From Leucoraja ocellata (lineage: Eukaryota): 64,000 bases of DNA. Below are positions 1-12,050 of this stretch, piece by piece (within the stretch, counting starts at the first letter, position 1; the number at the start of each line of letters is the position of its first letter). The stretch is from positions 7,006,001 to 7,070,000 of the forward strand of contig JAWMAR010000070.1 in the NCBI GenBank assembly GCA_036785375.1, in the 5' to 3' direction. A program made the position numbers and the translations under genes. The notes under the pieces were generated by a model. It searched no databases. It was not told where the DNA came from and saw only the letters and a program-made list of their open reading frames with translations.

Positions 1-279
1 AGGGTAAATGTTGCATTATTCAAGTTAAGTTAGCATCTTCCAGAAGCTTCTCCTGAAACAATGTATGGGATCTATTAGTGGTCTGGGGAACTGTCTATAA
101 TATACTGATGTAATTAATATGTTTGATTGGATTGTAAAGAGACCACCCCTATGTAGTTCGGCCCCTCAAGGTTCGGGGACTTATAAAAGGCAGCCCCCAC
201 GAGGTCCTTTGTCGATCTTCTGGAAGAATCCTTGGGACAGCGTGACCTTTTGGAGTGTTTCTGCTTGCACGAGGCTGAA

Positions 280-2083
280 CATACAAACATAGAAACATAG
301 CTAATAGGTGCAGGAGTAGGCCATTTGGCCCTTCGAGCCTGCACCGCCATTCAATATGATCATGGCAGATCATCCAACTCAGTATCCTGTACCTGCGTTC
401 TCTCCATACCACCTGATCCATTTAGCCACAAGGGCCACATCTAACTCCCTCTTAAATATAGCCAATGAACTGGCTTCAACTACCTTCTGCGGCAGAGAAT
501 TCCAGAGATTCACCACTCTCTGTGTGAAAAAAGTTTTCCTCATCTCGGCCCCAAAAGATTTCCCCCTTATCCTTAAACTGTGACCCCTTGTTCTGGACTT
601 CCCCAACATCGGGACCAATTTTCCTGCATCTAGCCTGTCCAACCCCTTAAGAATTTTGTAAGTTTCTATAAGATCCCCCCTCAATCTTCTAAATTCTAGC
701 GAGTACAAACCGAGTCTATCCAGTCTTTCGTCATATGAAAGTCCTGACATCACAGGAATCAGTCTGGTGAGCCTTCTCTGTACTCCCTCTATGGCAAGAA
801 TGTCTTTCCTCAGATTAAGAGACCAAAATTGTACACAATACTCCAAGTGTGGTCTCACCAAGACCCTGTACAACTGCAGTAGAACCTCCCTGCTCCTATA
901 CTCAAATCCTTTTGCTATGAATCCTAACATACCATTCGCCTTCTTCACTGCCTGCTGCACCTGTATGCCTACTTTTAATGACTGGTGTACCATGACACCC
1001 AGGTCTCGTTGCATCTCCCCCTTTCCTAATCGGCCACCATTCAGATAATAGTCTAATTTCCTGTTTTTGCCACCAAAGTGGATAACCTCACATTTATCCA
1101 CATTATTCTGCATCTGCCATGCATTTGCCCACTCACCCAGCCTATCCAAGTCACCTTGCAGCCTCCTAGCATCCTCCTCACAGCTAACACTGCCCCCAGC
1201 TTTGTGTCATCCGCAAACTTGGAGATGTTGCATTCAATTCCCTCGTCCAAATCATTAATATATACCGTAAATAACTGGGGTCCCAGCACTGAGCCTTGCG
1301 GTACCCCACTAGTCACTGCCTGCCATTGTGAAAAGGACCCGTTCACTCCTACTCTTTGCTTCCTGTCTGCCAGCCAGTTCTCTATCCACATCAATACTGA
1401 ACCCCCAATACCGTGTGCTTTAAGTTTGTATACTAATCTCTTATGTGGGACCTTGTCGAAAGCCTTCTGGAAGTCCAGATACACCACATCCACTGGTTCT
1501 CCCCTATCCACGCTACTAGTTACATCCTCGAAAAATTCTATAAGATTCGTCAGACATGATTTGCCCTTCATAAATCCATGCTGACCTTGTCCAATGATTT
1601 CACCACTTTCCAAATGTGCTACTATCCCATCTTTAATAACTGATTCTAGCAGTTTCCCCACTACCGACGTTAGACTAACTGGTCTGTAATTCCCCATTTT
1701 CTCTCTCCCTCTCTTTATAAAATGTGGTGTTACATTAGCTACCCTCCAATCCTCAGGAACTACCCCCAAATCTAAAGAGTTTTTAAAAATGATCACTAAT
1801 GCATCCACTATTTCTGGGGCTACTTCCTTAAGTACTCTGGGATGCAGCCTATCTGGCCCTGGGGATTTATCGGCTTTTAATTCATTCAATTTACCTACCA
1901 CCACTTCCCGGCTAACCTGGATTTCACTCAGTTCCTCCATCTCATTTGACCCGCGGTCCCCTGCTATTTCCGGCAGATTATTTATGTCTTCCTTAGTGAA
2001 GACAGAACCAAAGTAGTTATTCAATTGGTCTGCCATGTCCTTGTTCCCCATGATCAATTCACTTGTTTCTGACTGCAAGGGAC
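280..2083 (-). mobile_element. CR1-type LINE, 5'-truncated (CR1a)
   Basis: RT motifs [38 protein letters not shown] (frameshifted); (catagaaa)n tail; flanking CTGAA duplication at 275-279 and 2084-2088. Confidence 0.92.
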
Positions 2084-2107
2084 CTGAAGGGCTTGGCCAA
2101 GCAGATA

Positions 2108-5100
2108 GTTATGATATTGTGGCCATTACAGAGACATGGCTGCAAGGGGATCAGGACTGGGAGTTAAATATAGAGGGTACTCGACAATTAGGAAAGATAG
2201 ACAGGAAAGAAAGGGAGGAGGGGTGGCCCTTTTAATAAGGGAGGGAATAACGGCAATAGAGAGGAAGGATATTGCGTTGAAGGATCAGGATAGTGAAACA
2301 GCTTGGGTACAGATAGAGAATAATAAGGGGAAAAAAACACTAGTGGGTGTAATTTATAGACATCCAAATAGCTGTGACGCTGTTAGTCAGGACATAAATC
2401 TGCAAATAGTTGACGCATTAAAAAGGGAACTGCTGTAATCATGGGGGACTTCAATTTTCATATTAATTGGGCAAACCAAACTGGGCAGGGTAGACTAGAG
2501 GAAGAGTTTATAGAATGTATTAGAGACGGGTTCCTAGAACAGTATGTCACAGAACCGACAAGGGGGGAGGCAATCTTGGATCTGGTCCTGTGTAATGAAG
2601 CAGGATTAATTAAAAATGTCATAGTTAGGGACTCGTTGGGAACAAGTGACCACAATATGGTCGAATTCCATATTCAAATAGAAGGGGAGCAGTTGAAACT
2701 CAGGCTAGGGTGCTTAGTCTAAATAAGGGGGATTATGAAGGTATGAGGACTGAGCTGATCAAAGTTGACTGGGATAGCAGACTCAAGAATAAGACGGTAC
2801 ATGAGCAGTGGTGTACGTTTAAGGGTATACTGTATAACCTTCAAGAAAAATTTATTCCTATGAAGAAAAAAAGGGGTAAGGGTAAGAACAGTCAGCCATG
2901 GCTCAGTAAAACTATAAAGGATAGTATTCGGCTGAAGGCAAGGGCATATAAGGTAGCCAGAGATAGTGGGAGGGTAGAGGATTGGGAAGCATTTAAAGGT
3001 CAGCAAAAAATAACTAAGAGATTAATTAAGACGGGGAAAATAGACTATGAAAGGAATTTAGCGAACAACATAAAAACTAATAGTAAGAGTTTTTATAGCT
3101 ATATAAAAAGAAAAAGGGTGGCTAAGGTGAACGTTGGTCCATTGGAGGGTGAGACTGGAGAGTTGTTGGTGGGGAACATGGAAATGGCAAAGGCATTAAA
3201 CGAGTATTTTGTATCAGTCTTCACCATAGAAGACACAAAAAATATTCCAACGCTGGATAAACAGGGGGCGGTAGGAATGGAGGAGCTAAATACTATTAAG
3301 ATCACCAAGGAGGTGGTATTAGGGAAATTAATGAGACTGAAGGAGGATAAATCCCCTGGGCCTGATGGATTACATCCAAGGGTCTTGAGGGAGATAGCGG
3401 TGGGGATTGTGGATGCATTGGTGATAATTTTCCAAAACTCCCTGGAGGCAGGAACAGTCCCAGTGGATTGGAAAATGGCCAATGTAACACCTATATTTAA
3501 AAAAGGAAGTAAACAGAAGGCGGGTAACTATAGACCGGTTAGTCTAACATCGGTGGTGGGTAAAATGTTAGAGACAATTATTAAAGAAACACTAACGGGG
3601 CACTTGGATAAACATGACTTCATCGGACAGAACCAGCATGGTTTTGTGAAGGGGAAGTCCTGTTTAACGAATCTGCTCGAATTCTTTGAGGAAGTAACAA
3701 CCCGGGTGGATAAAGGGGAACCGGTGGATGTGGTATACTTGGACTTCCAAAAGGCTTTTGACAAGGTGCCACATAAGAGACTATTGCTAAAAATAAAAAA
3801 TTATGGGATTGGGGGTAATATATTAGCATGGGTAGAGGATTGGCTAACAAATAGGAAGCAGAGAGTGGGGATAAATGGTTCATACTCGGGATGGCAACCG
3901 GTAACTAGCGGGGTTCCGCAAGGGTCGGTGCTGGGACCCCAGTTGTTCACAATTTATATAAATGATTTGGAGGAGGGAACCAAGTGTAATATATCAAAAT
4001 TTGCGGACGATACAAAAATGGGAGGAAAAGTAGGGGATGAGGAGGATAGGAAGAGTCTGCAAAAGGATATAGATAAGCTAGGTGAGTGGGCAACAACTTG
4101 GCAGATGAAATTTAATACTAATAAATGTGAAGTCATTCACTTTGGGAAAAAAATGATAGGGCAAGTTATTTTCTAAATGAGGAGGAGCTGCGTTGTAATG
4201 CAACGCAAAGGGATCTAGGGGTATTAGTACATGAATCACTGAAAGTTAGTATGCAGGTGCAGCAAGCAATCAGGAAGGCCAATGGAGTTTTGGCCTTTAT
4301 TGCTAGGGGGATTGAGTATAAAAACACGGAGGTCTTGCTGCAGCTGTACACAGTATTAGTGAGACCACATTTGGAATACTGTGTACAGTTCTGGGGTCCA
4401 TACTTAAGAAAGGATGTACTAGCCCTGGAGGCAGTGCAGCGAAGGTTTACAAGATTAATTCCTGCAATGAGGGGATTGACATATGAGGAAAGGTTAAGTA
4501 GGCTGGAACTCTACTCTTTGGAGTTTAGAAGAATGAGAGGCGATCTCATTGAAACATATAAGATCGTGAGGGGCCTTGATCGGGTGGATGCACCGAGGAT
4601 GTTCCCAATGATCGGGGAAACTAGAACTAGGGGACATAGTTGCAGAATAAGGGGGGGCTCTTTTAAAACTGAGATGAGGAAGAACTTCTTCACCCAGAGG
4701 GTGGTTAATTTATGGAATTCACTGCCCCAGGGAGCAGTGGAAGCAGAAACTTTAAATATATTTAAGACTAAAATAGATGGTTTTTTAGCTGCCAAGGGGA
4801 TAAGGGGCTACGGGGAGAGGGCAGGGATATGGACCTAGGTATGGTTAGTATAGTAAGACCTGAGTGATCTCCTGGACAAGTGTCGATCGCCTAGATTGGG
4901 GTCGGAGAGGAATTTCCCGGATTTTTTTCCCGAATTGGACCTGGGTTTTTATCCGGTTTTTTGCCTCCCCCAGGAGATCACGAGGTTCTTGGGGTGGAGA
5001 GGGGTGATAGCGGTATAAAGGGGAGGGTAGTGTCTTGTGTTCTGTGTCTTGTGTCTACTGTTTGTGGGTAAGTGTGTCTGTTTAGTGTTCAGCCATGAGC

Positions 5101-5174
5101 GAATGGCGGTGCGGGCTCGATGGACCTGGTGGTCTACTCTCGCACCTACTTTCTATGTTTCTATCTATGTTTCT
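2108..5174 (+). mobile_element. CR1-type LINE (second family) with APE endonuclease part and RT
   Basis: DIVAITETW, MGDFN, SDHN, 488-aa RT ORF, (tctatgtt)n tail. The empty site gcagata/caagg is seen at about 12073, 20551, 27229 and 33487. Confidence 0.92.
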
Positions 5175-5969
5175 ATACAAGGATTGAACCCGCAGTGGTT
5201 TAGGTATCGTGAGGGGGAATTTGATGTACAGTCCAAAAATAAAGATTAGTTGTTCCAGTGCTTGACTCAGTGGTTTTTGACTGAACTAGACTGGAGGTAA
5301 GCTTGAGAAGAATGTATTTAATCCCACCCCCCCAGTACCACCCTCCTTCTCCCTCTACCCCTTCCCACTCTCTCTCTACCCCCTTTCTCTCTGCCTCTCT
5401 CCTTCTCTCCCCCTCCTCTCTATCTCTCTAGGTATTGAAGAGGGAGGGTGAAGAGTAGGAAGAGGGGATGCGGCGAAATGAGCCGCGCCTGCATAGTTGG
5501 GGGCAATGAGTGAGTGGTGGAACATAGTGTTGGGGAGCGGGTGAGTGGTGGAATATTGTGTTGGGGAATGGGTAAGTGGTGGAATATTGCGTTGGGGAGC
5601 AGACCCAATGGATCTGTACTTGGTCTGCACAGTAACTTTATATCACCAGTGGTGCAGTGTCCATCAGGGTTGTGTAGGGTTGTGGTGAGTGGCGTAGGGT
5701 TGTGGTTGGGGTTGTGCAGGCTGGTTCAACAACCTTGTGCTTGCTGGGAAGAAGCTGCTCTTGAACCTGGAGCTCACGGTTCTCAGGCTCCTTGTACCTT
5801 CCCCTCAGTAGTGGTGATAAGAGAGTGTGGCCAGGGTGGTGTGGGTCTATAGCTGGAAGACCGGGCTCCATACGGAGGTAAGAAAGCTCCTTGACAACCA
5901 CAATTGACACCCAACGAGGGTCAAAACTGGACTCTAATCAGCAGCCCTAACAATGCACGAGGGCAATGC

Positions 5970-6247
5970 AGGGGCGGTACAGTGGCGCAGCGGTAGAGTT
6001 GCTGCCTTACAGCGCTAGAGACCCGCCTTCGATGGTAACTACGGGCACTGTCTGTACAGTGTATGTACATTGTCCCTGTGACCATGTGGGTTTCCTCCGG
6101 GTGCTCTGGTTTCCTTTCAGATTACAAAGACGTGTAGATTTGTAGGTTAATTGGCTTCAGTAAATTGTCCCTAGTGTGTAGGTTAGAACTAGTGTAGGGG
6201 TGATCACTGGTTGGGTTAGACTCGGTGGGCCGAAGAGCCTGTTTCCA
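5970..6247 (+). mobile_element. tRNA-derived V-SINE (HE1-like); similar copies at about 21497, 28134, 34408, 44463, 46470, 47590 and on - at about 42520-42922 and 54090-54320
   Basis: Box A-like tggcgcagcggtag, box B-like ggttcgatcc in several copies, tgtgggtttcctccgggtgctc core, CR1-like tail ggccgaagggcctgtttcc. Confidence 0.7.
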
Positions 6248-6429
6248 TATCCTAACATATTCAGTTTTTCAGAGCCCCGCGCGATGTCGGGACCAGCTCC
6301 ACACAACTCCATACGGCTCCGGCGATCAAAGTGGGACCGGCCCCGCGAGGCCGTACGGCTCAAGTGACCACGTTAGGTCGCGCTTGCCGCATGGAGTCGC
6401 ATGCTCATGGGACAGGCCCTTTAATCCGG

Positions 6430-6542
6430 CGATGTTGCCCGTAGTGAGCAAAAGTTGCACAAAGTTCACACCCAACTCAATGCTGGCGTACAAAGAATCA
6501 CTCACACCGGCTGTCTTCAGGGCAGGCAGAAGAAAGTTTATT
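6430..6542 (-). terminator. Conserved polyadenylation cassette of the Ig family (copy 1)
   Basis: AATAAA on - at 6542-6537 followed by GT-rich gtgtgagtgattctttgt. The homologous cassette recurs downstream of copies 2, 3, 4 and 6 (AATAAA at 12698-12693, 22067-22062, 34854-34849, 61879-61874). Confidence 0.6.
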
Positions 6543-7307
6543 TAAATTAAACGTACATTTACCGGTGCAAGCAAGGTCAGTTCTCCTCACTGCATGCGAT
6601 CCACGCTCACACCTTCCACGCTGCTCATCTTTATACCTTTACTATTCCCTACTTAGTGTCAGAGTCAAACAATATGGAAACAGGCCCTTCCCCCAATACC
6701 ATGTGCTCTAATTTTGCCCATTAATCTCCTATGTGGGACCTTATCAAATACTTCCTGCAAGTCCAGGTACACTACATCCACTGGCTCTCCATTGTCCCCA
6801 GATCGTCTGACCACTAGTACATCAGGGAGATTGTTTGTGTTCTTCTTAGTGAAGACGGATCCAAAGTTTTTAGTCTATAAAGGTCCAATTTTAGTCTGAA
6901 CTAATTTTGCTAGTTATTTTTTAGTTATCTTCTGTTGCTCTTTAAAAGAGTTACCCAATCCCCTGGCTTTCCGCTCATCTTTGCAACGTTATACCTGTTC
7001 TCTTTTATTTTGATAGTGTCCCTGACTTCCCTTGTCAGCCACGGTCGCCCCTAACTCCCCATGGAATCTTCCTTCCTCTTTGGAATCCGGGTGCTCCGGT
7101 TTCGTCCCACACCCCAGAGACGTGCAGGTTTGTAGGTTAATTGGTCAGTGTAAATTGTATCTAGTGTGTGGGATAGAACTAGTATATGGGGTGATCACTG
7201 GTCCCCATTGACTCTGTGGGCCGAAGGGCTTGTTTCCCTGTTGTACCTCTGAACGGAACTAAACTAAACTAGACTTTGTTACTGACCCTGGGACTGGCCC
7301 TGCTGAA

Positions 7308-7844
7308 TCAGTGAGAGATCATCAGCTGCATCAATAATTCACAAACCGGTCTATCACTATAATGGAGCCAAACACAGGAATACGTCCCTGTATCTTCCTC
7401 TTTTACACCTGTCAGGAGCAACGTGGCGTCCTGTTCCCAAAGGACGTTTCGTTCCACGAACTTCCAGTGAACATGAGATCCCGTATAACGCGCATGCACT
7501 CTACTATGGAAATTGGCAATTGCAACACCATCTTTTTTCCATGTAACCATGGGACTATTGTCAACGTTGGATACTTTACATGGCAACATAACAGAACCAC
7601 CCAGAGATGCAACGAGCACCTTCTTGTTAATCGTTGATAGGTGATGACTGATGGCATCAGAATCTGACTTGTCCGTGCATCTTGGAAACCGTTCATCGGT
7701 GACTTGCCGAGGGGCCCGTGCGTTCCGCCCGGCCAAGTTTGCTTCCTCTCCCCATTCTCTGGAGATCGGACCTGTTCCAGTTGCGGAGACTTGCCACACC
7801 ATCTCCACAAGGACCATGAATCCTATCCATCTCTGCAGGCCCAT
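7308..7844 (-). CDS. Secreted single V-set Ig-domain protein, copy 1 (178 aa)
   Basis: ATG at 7844 lies 4 nt after an acceptor-like ttgtttcacccacag; the track's GTG start is intronic. Signal-like MGLQRWIGFMVLVEMVWQVSA, then RNARAPR/QV. V-set marks: GGSVMLPC, VTW 13 aa later, DATLLL, EEDTGTYSC (Cys-Cys spacing 68). Stop right after the G strand, no TM. Confidence 0.85.
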   Translation of the reverse strand: MGLQRWIGFMVLVEMVWQVSATGTGPISREWGEEANLAGRNARAPRQVTDERFPRCTDKSDSDAISHHLSTINKKVLVASLGGSVMLPCKVSNVDNSPMVTWKKDGVAIANFHSRVHARYTGSHVHWKFVERNVLWEQDATLLLTGVKEEDTGTYSCVWLHYSDRPVCELLMQLMISH

Positions 7845-8425
7845 GTTCCTGTGGGTGAAACAATGGGTCACCTTATTGCAACTCAGTAGGATTCATGATG
7901 GCATTCCCTGAACCCGCCCAGAGTTGGGGAATCGAGAACCAGAGGACATCGGTTTAAGGCGAGGGGGGGGGGAGAGATTTAATGTGAAACTGAGGGGTGA
8001 CTTTTTTACATAAAGGGTGGAGGGTGTTTGGAACGAGCTGCCGGAAGAGGTAGTTGGGGCAGGTACTATCACAATGATTAAGAAACAGTTAGACAGGTAC
8101 ATTGATAGGACAGGATTAGAGGGGTAAGGGCCAAACGCAGGCAGGTGGGTCTAGTATTGATGGGGACACGTTGGTGGGCGCGGGCAAGTTGGGCCAAAGG
8201 TCTCGCTGTGACTCTATGACTCCATCACTTGTCCCACCCTGGTCATTCCTCCTTCTCCCTGGTCCTGTCTAGCAGAAGGTACAGAAGCTTGAAAGCGCGC
8301 ACCACCAGACTCAGGAACAGCTTCTTCCCCTCTGCTATCAGGCTTCTGAACTGGGGGAACAGTGAACAGAGACAATCCCACCCCCATCACTCACAGACAC
8401 TTGAAGGATCCACAGGGTTGGTTAC

Positions 8426-8730
8426 CAGCTCCGGAGTCTCCACACAGGGTGACGGGGTCGGTCTTGTTCTCATCTCCTGCCATCGCTCGCTCCTTTTATA
8501 CCGACTCCCGGCTTCTCCTGCCCCTCATTGTCTGCCCTCACGTACATTCAACCAATCACTGCCTCCCACGGAGCATTGGCCGGAGTCAGCCGCGACCTCT
8601 CCACCCTCTGCCAAACGTGTCGTTGCATCAGCCGTTAACGTTTAACAAGAACAACGTCATCCCAGCTGCCAGCGGCCAACCAGGCGCCCCACACATCCTG
8701 CTTGTGTCTCCACCACGTCTCGTTCTGGTC
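8426..8730 (-). promoter_or_regulatory. Promoter and non-coding exon 1 of Ig copy 1
   Basis: TATAAAA on - at 8500-8494; CCAAT motifs at 8552-8556 (+) and 8579-8575 (-); donor CTG/GTAACC after 8426; matching acceptor at 7850-7849. The block is near-identical upstream of all six copies. Confidence 0.65.
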
Positions 8731-9105
8731 AACCCATCGCAGTTGAGGCAGAAACTATCCCAACGTTTAAGAAACAGCTATACAGGAACAGGTATAGGTC
8801 AGATTTGGAGGGAAATGGACCAAACGTGGACAGGTGGGACTAGTGTAGCTGGGACATGTTGTCCAATGTGGGCAAGTTGGGCCGAAGGGCCTGTTTCCAT
8901 GCTGTATCACTCTATAACTGTATTACACTATGACATTAAATCTTCTGCTTATCGAATCCACACACAAGATTAGTTGTTCAGCCAGAGCTGATCACACTTC
9001 TCGGCATCTGCATAAAATGGTGTCTGTCTTGTCGCGTCTTGTGCTGCTTGTTCGTGGTGGTGGAGAGATTGGTGTAAACGTGAAACATTAAATAAATAAT
9101 GATAA

Positions 9106-9460
9106 CTAGACCAAGTGGGACCCGTTGGGTCCCGTTCCCCCAACGTAATATTCCACCACTCACCCATACCCCACAATACTCACCCCACCCTCCCACAAGG
9201 AAAATTCTGGAAATGAAACCTCTCTCTTACTCCACCCCCCCACAATGAAACGGGGAGCCCCCGCCCCCAACCCACCCCTCCCCACAATCGTAATTATTTT
9301 ATAAATAAGGAGTAAATGAAACCTCTCAGCAATTCCACCCCCCACAATGAAAAGCCTCCTCCCAAGAAATCTAAATGAGATTCCTTTGCGATGTACCCGT
9401 CCCCCCAACGCAATTTTCCACCACTCACCCATACCCCACAACTGCGCAGGCGAGTCTCTT
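9106..9460 (-). mobile_element. Helitron-like 3' terminus (copies at 24709 and 30853); 5' extent undefined
   Basis: On -: hairpin GGGACCC-aac-GGGTCCC, 7-nt spacer, CTAG then T. Confidence 0.55.
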
Positions 9461-10602
9461 ACACTCCCTCCCCCTCGTCTTTACCCTCCTCCTTCTCTCC
9501 CCTCTCCTCCTCCACTCCCTCCATCACCTCTCCTTCCCTCTCATTTTTCCCTACCCTCAGTCACTGCCTCCCCTTTCACACTCCCCCACTAAACACAACG
9601 TTTAAATAACATTTCTTCTCCTCCACTCCCTGCCTCTACTTACAACAATGTAAGGAATCTCTCATTGCACTGGCTGGAACTTATCTCAACACTGTTGATT
9701 GGGAGCTGAGATCCCATTCTGATGTCATTGTCGGATCTACCCCCCCCCTTCCTCTCCCTCTATTCCCCCTCCTCTCCCACTCTCCCTCCTCACCTCCCCC
9801 ACTTTCCCCCCTCTTCCTCCCTACTCCCTTCTCTCCCCCAATCCCCCCCCCCCCCCCACCTCCTCACGCTGCCTTGTAACTAACAACCTCCAATCCAGGC
9901 ATCATTCTGGGATTCCTCTCCTGCACCCTCTCCAAACTCTTTGGGAAATTGGCTCCGGTTATCTCCCCTATCTATGCCTCTCATCTCTATATTGTTAAAA
10001 GTCTCATCTTGTGTATATGTATACGTGTGTGTGTTGTCTGTGTCTTTCTACCTTCATCAAAATGCCACGCATTAGCGCATTAGCTTTCACGCATTAGTAA
10101 TCGTATTAACCCCTTTGACAAAATAAACTGCTCCACTTCACATTACATGCTGTAGTTCACAAGTTATAGCGTTTTAAAAATAGTGAAAACCAACTTATTA
10201 AACGGCAAACCTTCACCCCGCTTCGAGTGATGTCACAAAGGGGGAGTGGTCGACCAGCAGCTTCCAGTGATGTCAGGGGGATGACCTCATTGAAATTAAC
10301 ATTCCGCTTTATCCGACCCGGCCTTCTACGCCCCACATGGAGTTTTTCGCGGCCATCAAAGAGGCGTCGAGACTGCAGCGGTGAAGGAGATATCGTGACC
10401 GCCATGGGCAGAAATCCTGGGGGGGGAACAGGGGACACGTCTCCCTATGCTTTGGGAGGTGGGGGACGATTCCCCCCCGCCCATGTTTTGTGTTCCGGAC
10501 TTTATCAGACGCTTTCTATGGGCAGAATCGTCCCGTTCGCGGGGCCTTTCAGCGCCCAAGCGGCTTAAAATCAAACTGCTGCATCGAGGCGATCGAGGCT
10601 CC

Positions 10603-12050
10603 CATAGAAACGTAGAAAATAGGTGCAGGAGTAGGGCATTCGGCCCTTCGAGCCTGCACTGCCATTTAATATGATTATACTGATCATCCAACTCAGTATG
10701 CCATAAAGTCCTGACATCCCAGGAATCAGTCTGGTGAGCCTTCTCTGTACTCCCTCTATGGCAAGAATGTCTTTCCTCAGATTAAGAGACCAAAACTGTA
10801 CGCAATACTCCAGGTGTGGTCTCACCAAGAGCATGTACAACTGCAGTAGAACCTCCCTGCTCCTATACTCAAATCCTTTTGCTATGAATGCTAACATACC
10901 ATTCGCCTTCTTCACTGCCTGCTGCACCTGCATGCCTACTTTTAATGACTGGTGTACCATGACACCCAGGTCTCGTTGCATCTCCCCCTTTCCTAATCGG
11001 CCACCATTCAGATAATAGTCTAATTTCCTGTTTTTGCCACCAAAATGGATAACCTCACATTTATCCACATTATACTGCATCTGCCATGCATTTGCCCACT
11101 CACCCAGCCTATCCAAGTCACCTTGAAGCCTCCTAGCATCCTCCTCACAGCTAACACTGCCCCCAGCTTTGTGTCATCCGCAAACTTGGAAATGTTGCAT
11201 ACAATTCCCTCGTCCAAATCATTAATATATACCGTAAATAGCTGGGGTCCCAGAACTGAGCCTTGCGGTACCCCACTAGTCACTGCCTGCCATTGTGAAA
11301 AGGACCCGTTTACTCCTACTCTTTGCTTCCTGTCTGCCAGCCAGTTCTCTATCCACATCAGTACTGAACCCCCAATACCATGTGCTTTAAGTTTGTATAC
11401 TAATCTCTTATGTGGGACCTTGTCGAAAGCCTTCTGAAAGTCCAGATATAACACATGCACTGGTTCTCCCCTATCCACGCTACTAGTTACATCCTCGAAA
11501 AATTCTATAAGATTCGTCAGACATGATTTACCTTTCGTAAATCCATGTTGACTTTGTCCAATGATTTCACCACTTTCCATATGTGCTGCTATCCCATCTT
11601 TAATAACTGACTCTAGCAGTTTCCCCACTACCGATGTTAGGCTAACTGGTCTGTAATTCCCCGTTTTCTCTCTCCCTCTCTTTTTAAAATGTGGTGTTAC
11701 ATTAGCTACCCTCCAATCCTCAGGAACTACTCCCAAATCTAAAGAGTTTTGAAAAATTATCACTAATGCATCCACTATTTCTGGGGCTACTTCCTTAAGT
11801 ACTCTGGGATACAACCTATCTGGCCCTGGGGATTTATCGGCTTTTAATTCATTCAATTTACCTACCACCACTTCCCGGCTAACCTGGATTTCACTCAGTT
11901 CCTCCATCTCATTTGACCTCCGGTCCCCTGCTATTTCCGGCAGATTATTTATGTCTTCCTTAGTGAAGACAGAACCAAAGTAGTTATTCAATTGGTCTGC
12001 CATGTCCTTGTTCCCCATGATCAATTCACTTGTTTCTGACTGCAAGGGAC
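10603..12050 (-). mobile_element. Chimeric CR1 (3' end of insertion CR1c fused to the CR1a body)
   Basis: Same 5' truncation point as 280-2083. The 3' end and left flank match the insertion at 15221. Junction at about 10700-10705. Confidence 0.85.

Noticed and set aside
2710-4838. Active host reverse-transcriptase gene
   Set aside because: 5'-truncated CR1 ORF2 broken by frameshifts.
5970-6050. tRNA genes
   Set aside because: These are tRNA-like heads of SINEs, followed by SINE core and LINE-like tail, with no full cloverleaf.
7260-7310. Ig ORFs as rearranging IgNAR/Ig/TCR V segments
   Set aside because: No CACAGTG heptamer/nonamer seen after the V ends inspected, no leader intron, no WYRQ or FGxG motifs, and the G strand and stop are germline-encoded.
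7845-7871. MTHCFTHRN N-terminal extension given by the ORF track for all six Ig ORFs
   Set aside because: It starts at GTG and overlaps an acceptor-like tract (ttgtttcacccacag); the real start is most likely the ATG of MGLQRW.
8229-8645. Six-fold repeated plus-strand 138-aa ORF (MSHPGHSS...) and overlapping MNRDNPT ORFs
   Set aside because: Non-ATG starts; the N-part is a Rex1 LINE 3' remnant (RYRSLKARTTRLRNSFFP) and the rest is antisense to the Ig promoter. Conservation reflects duplication, not coding.
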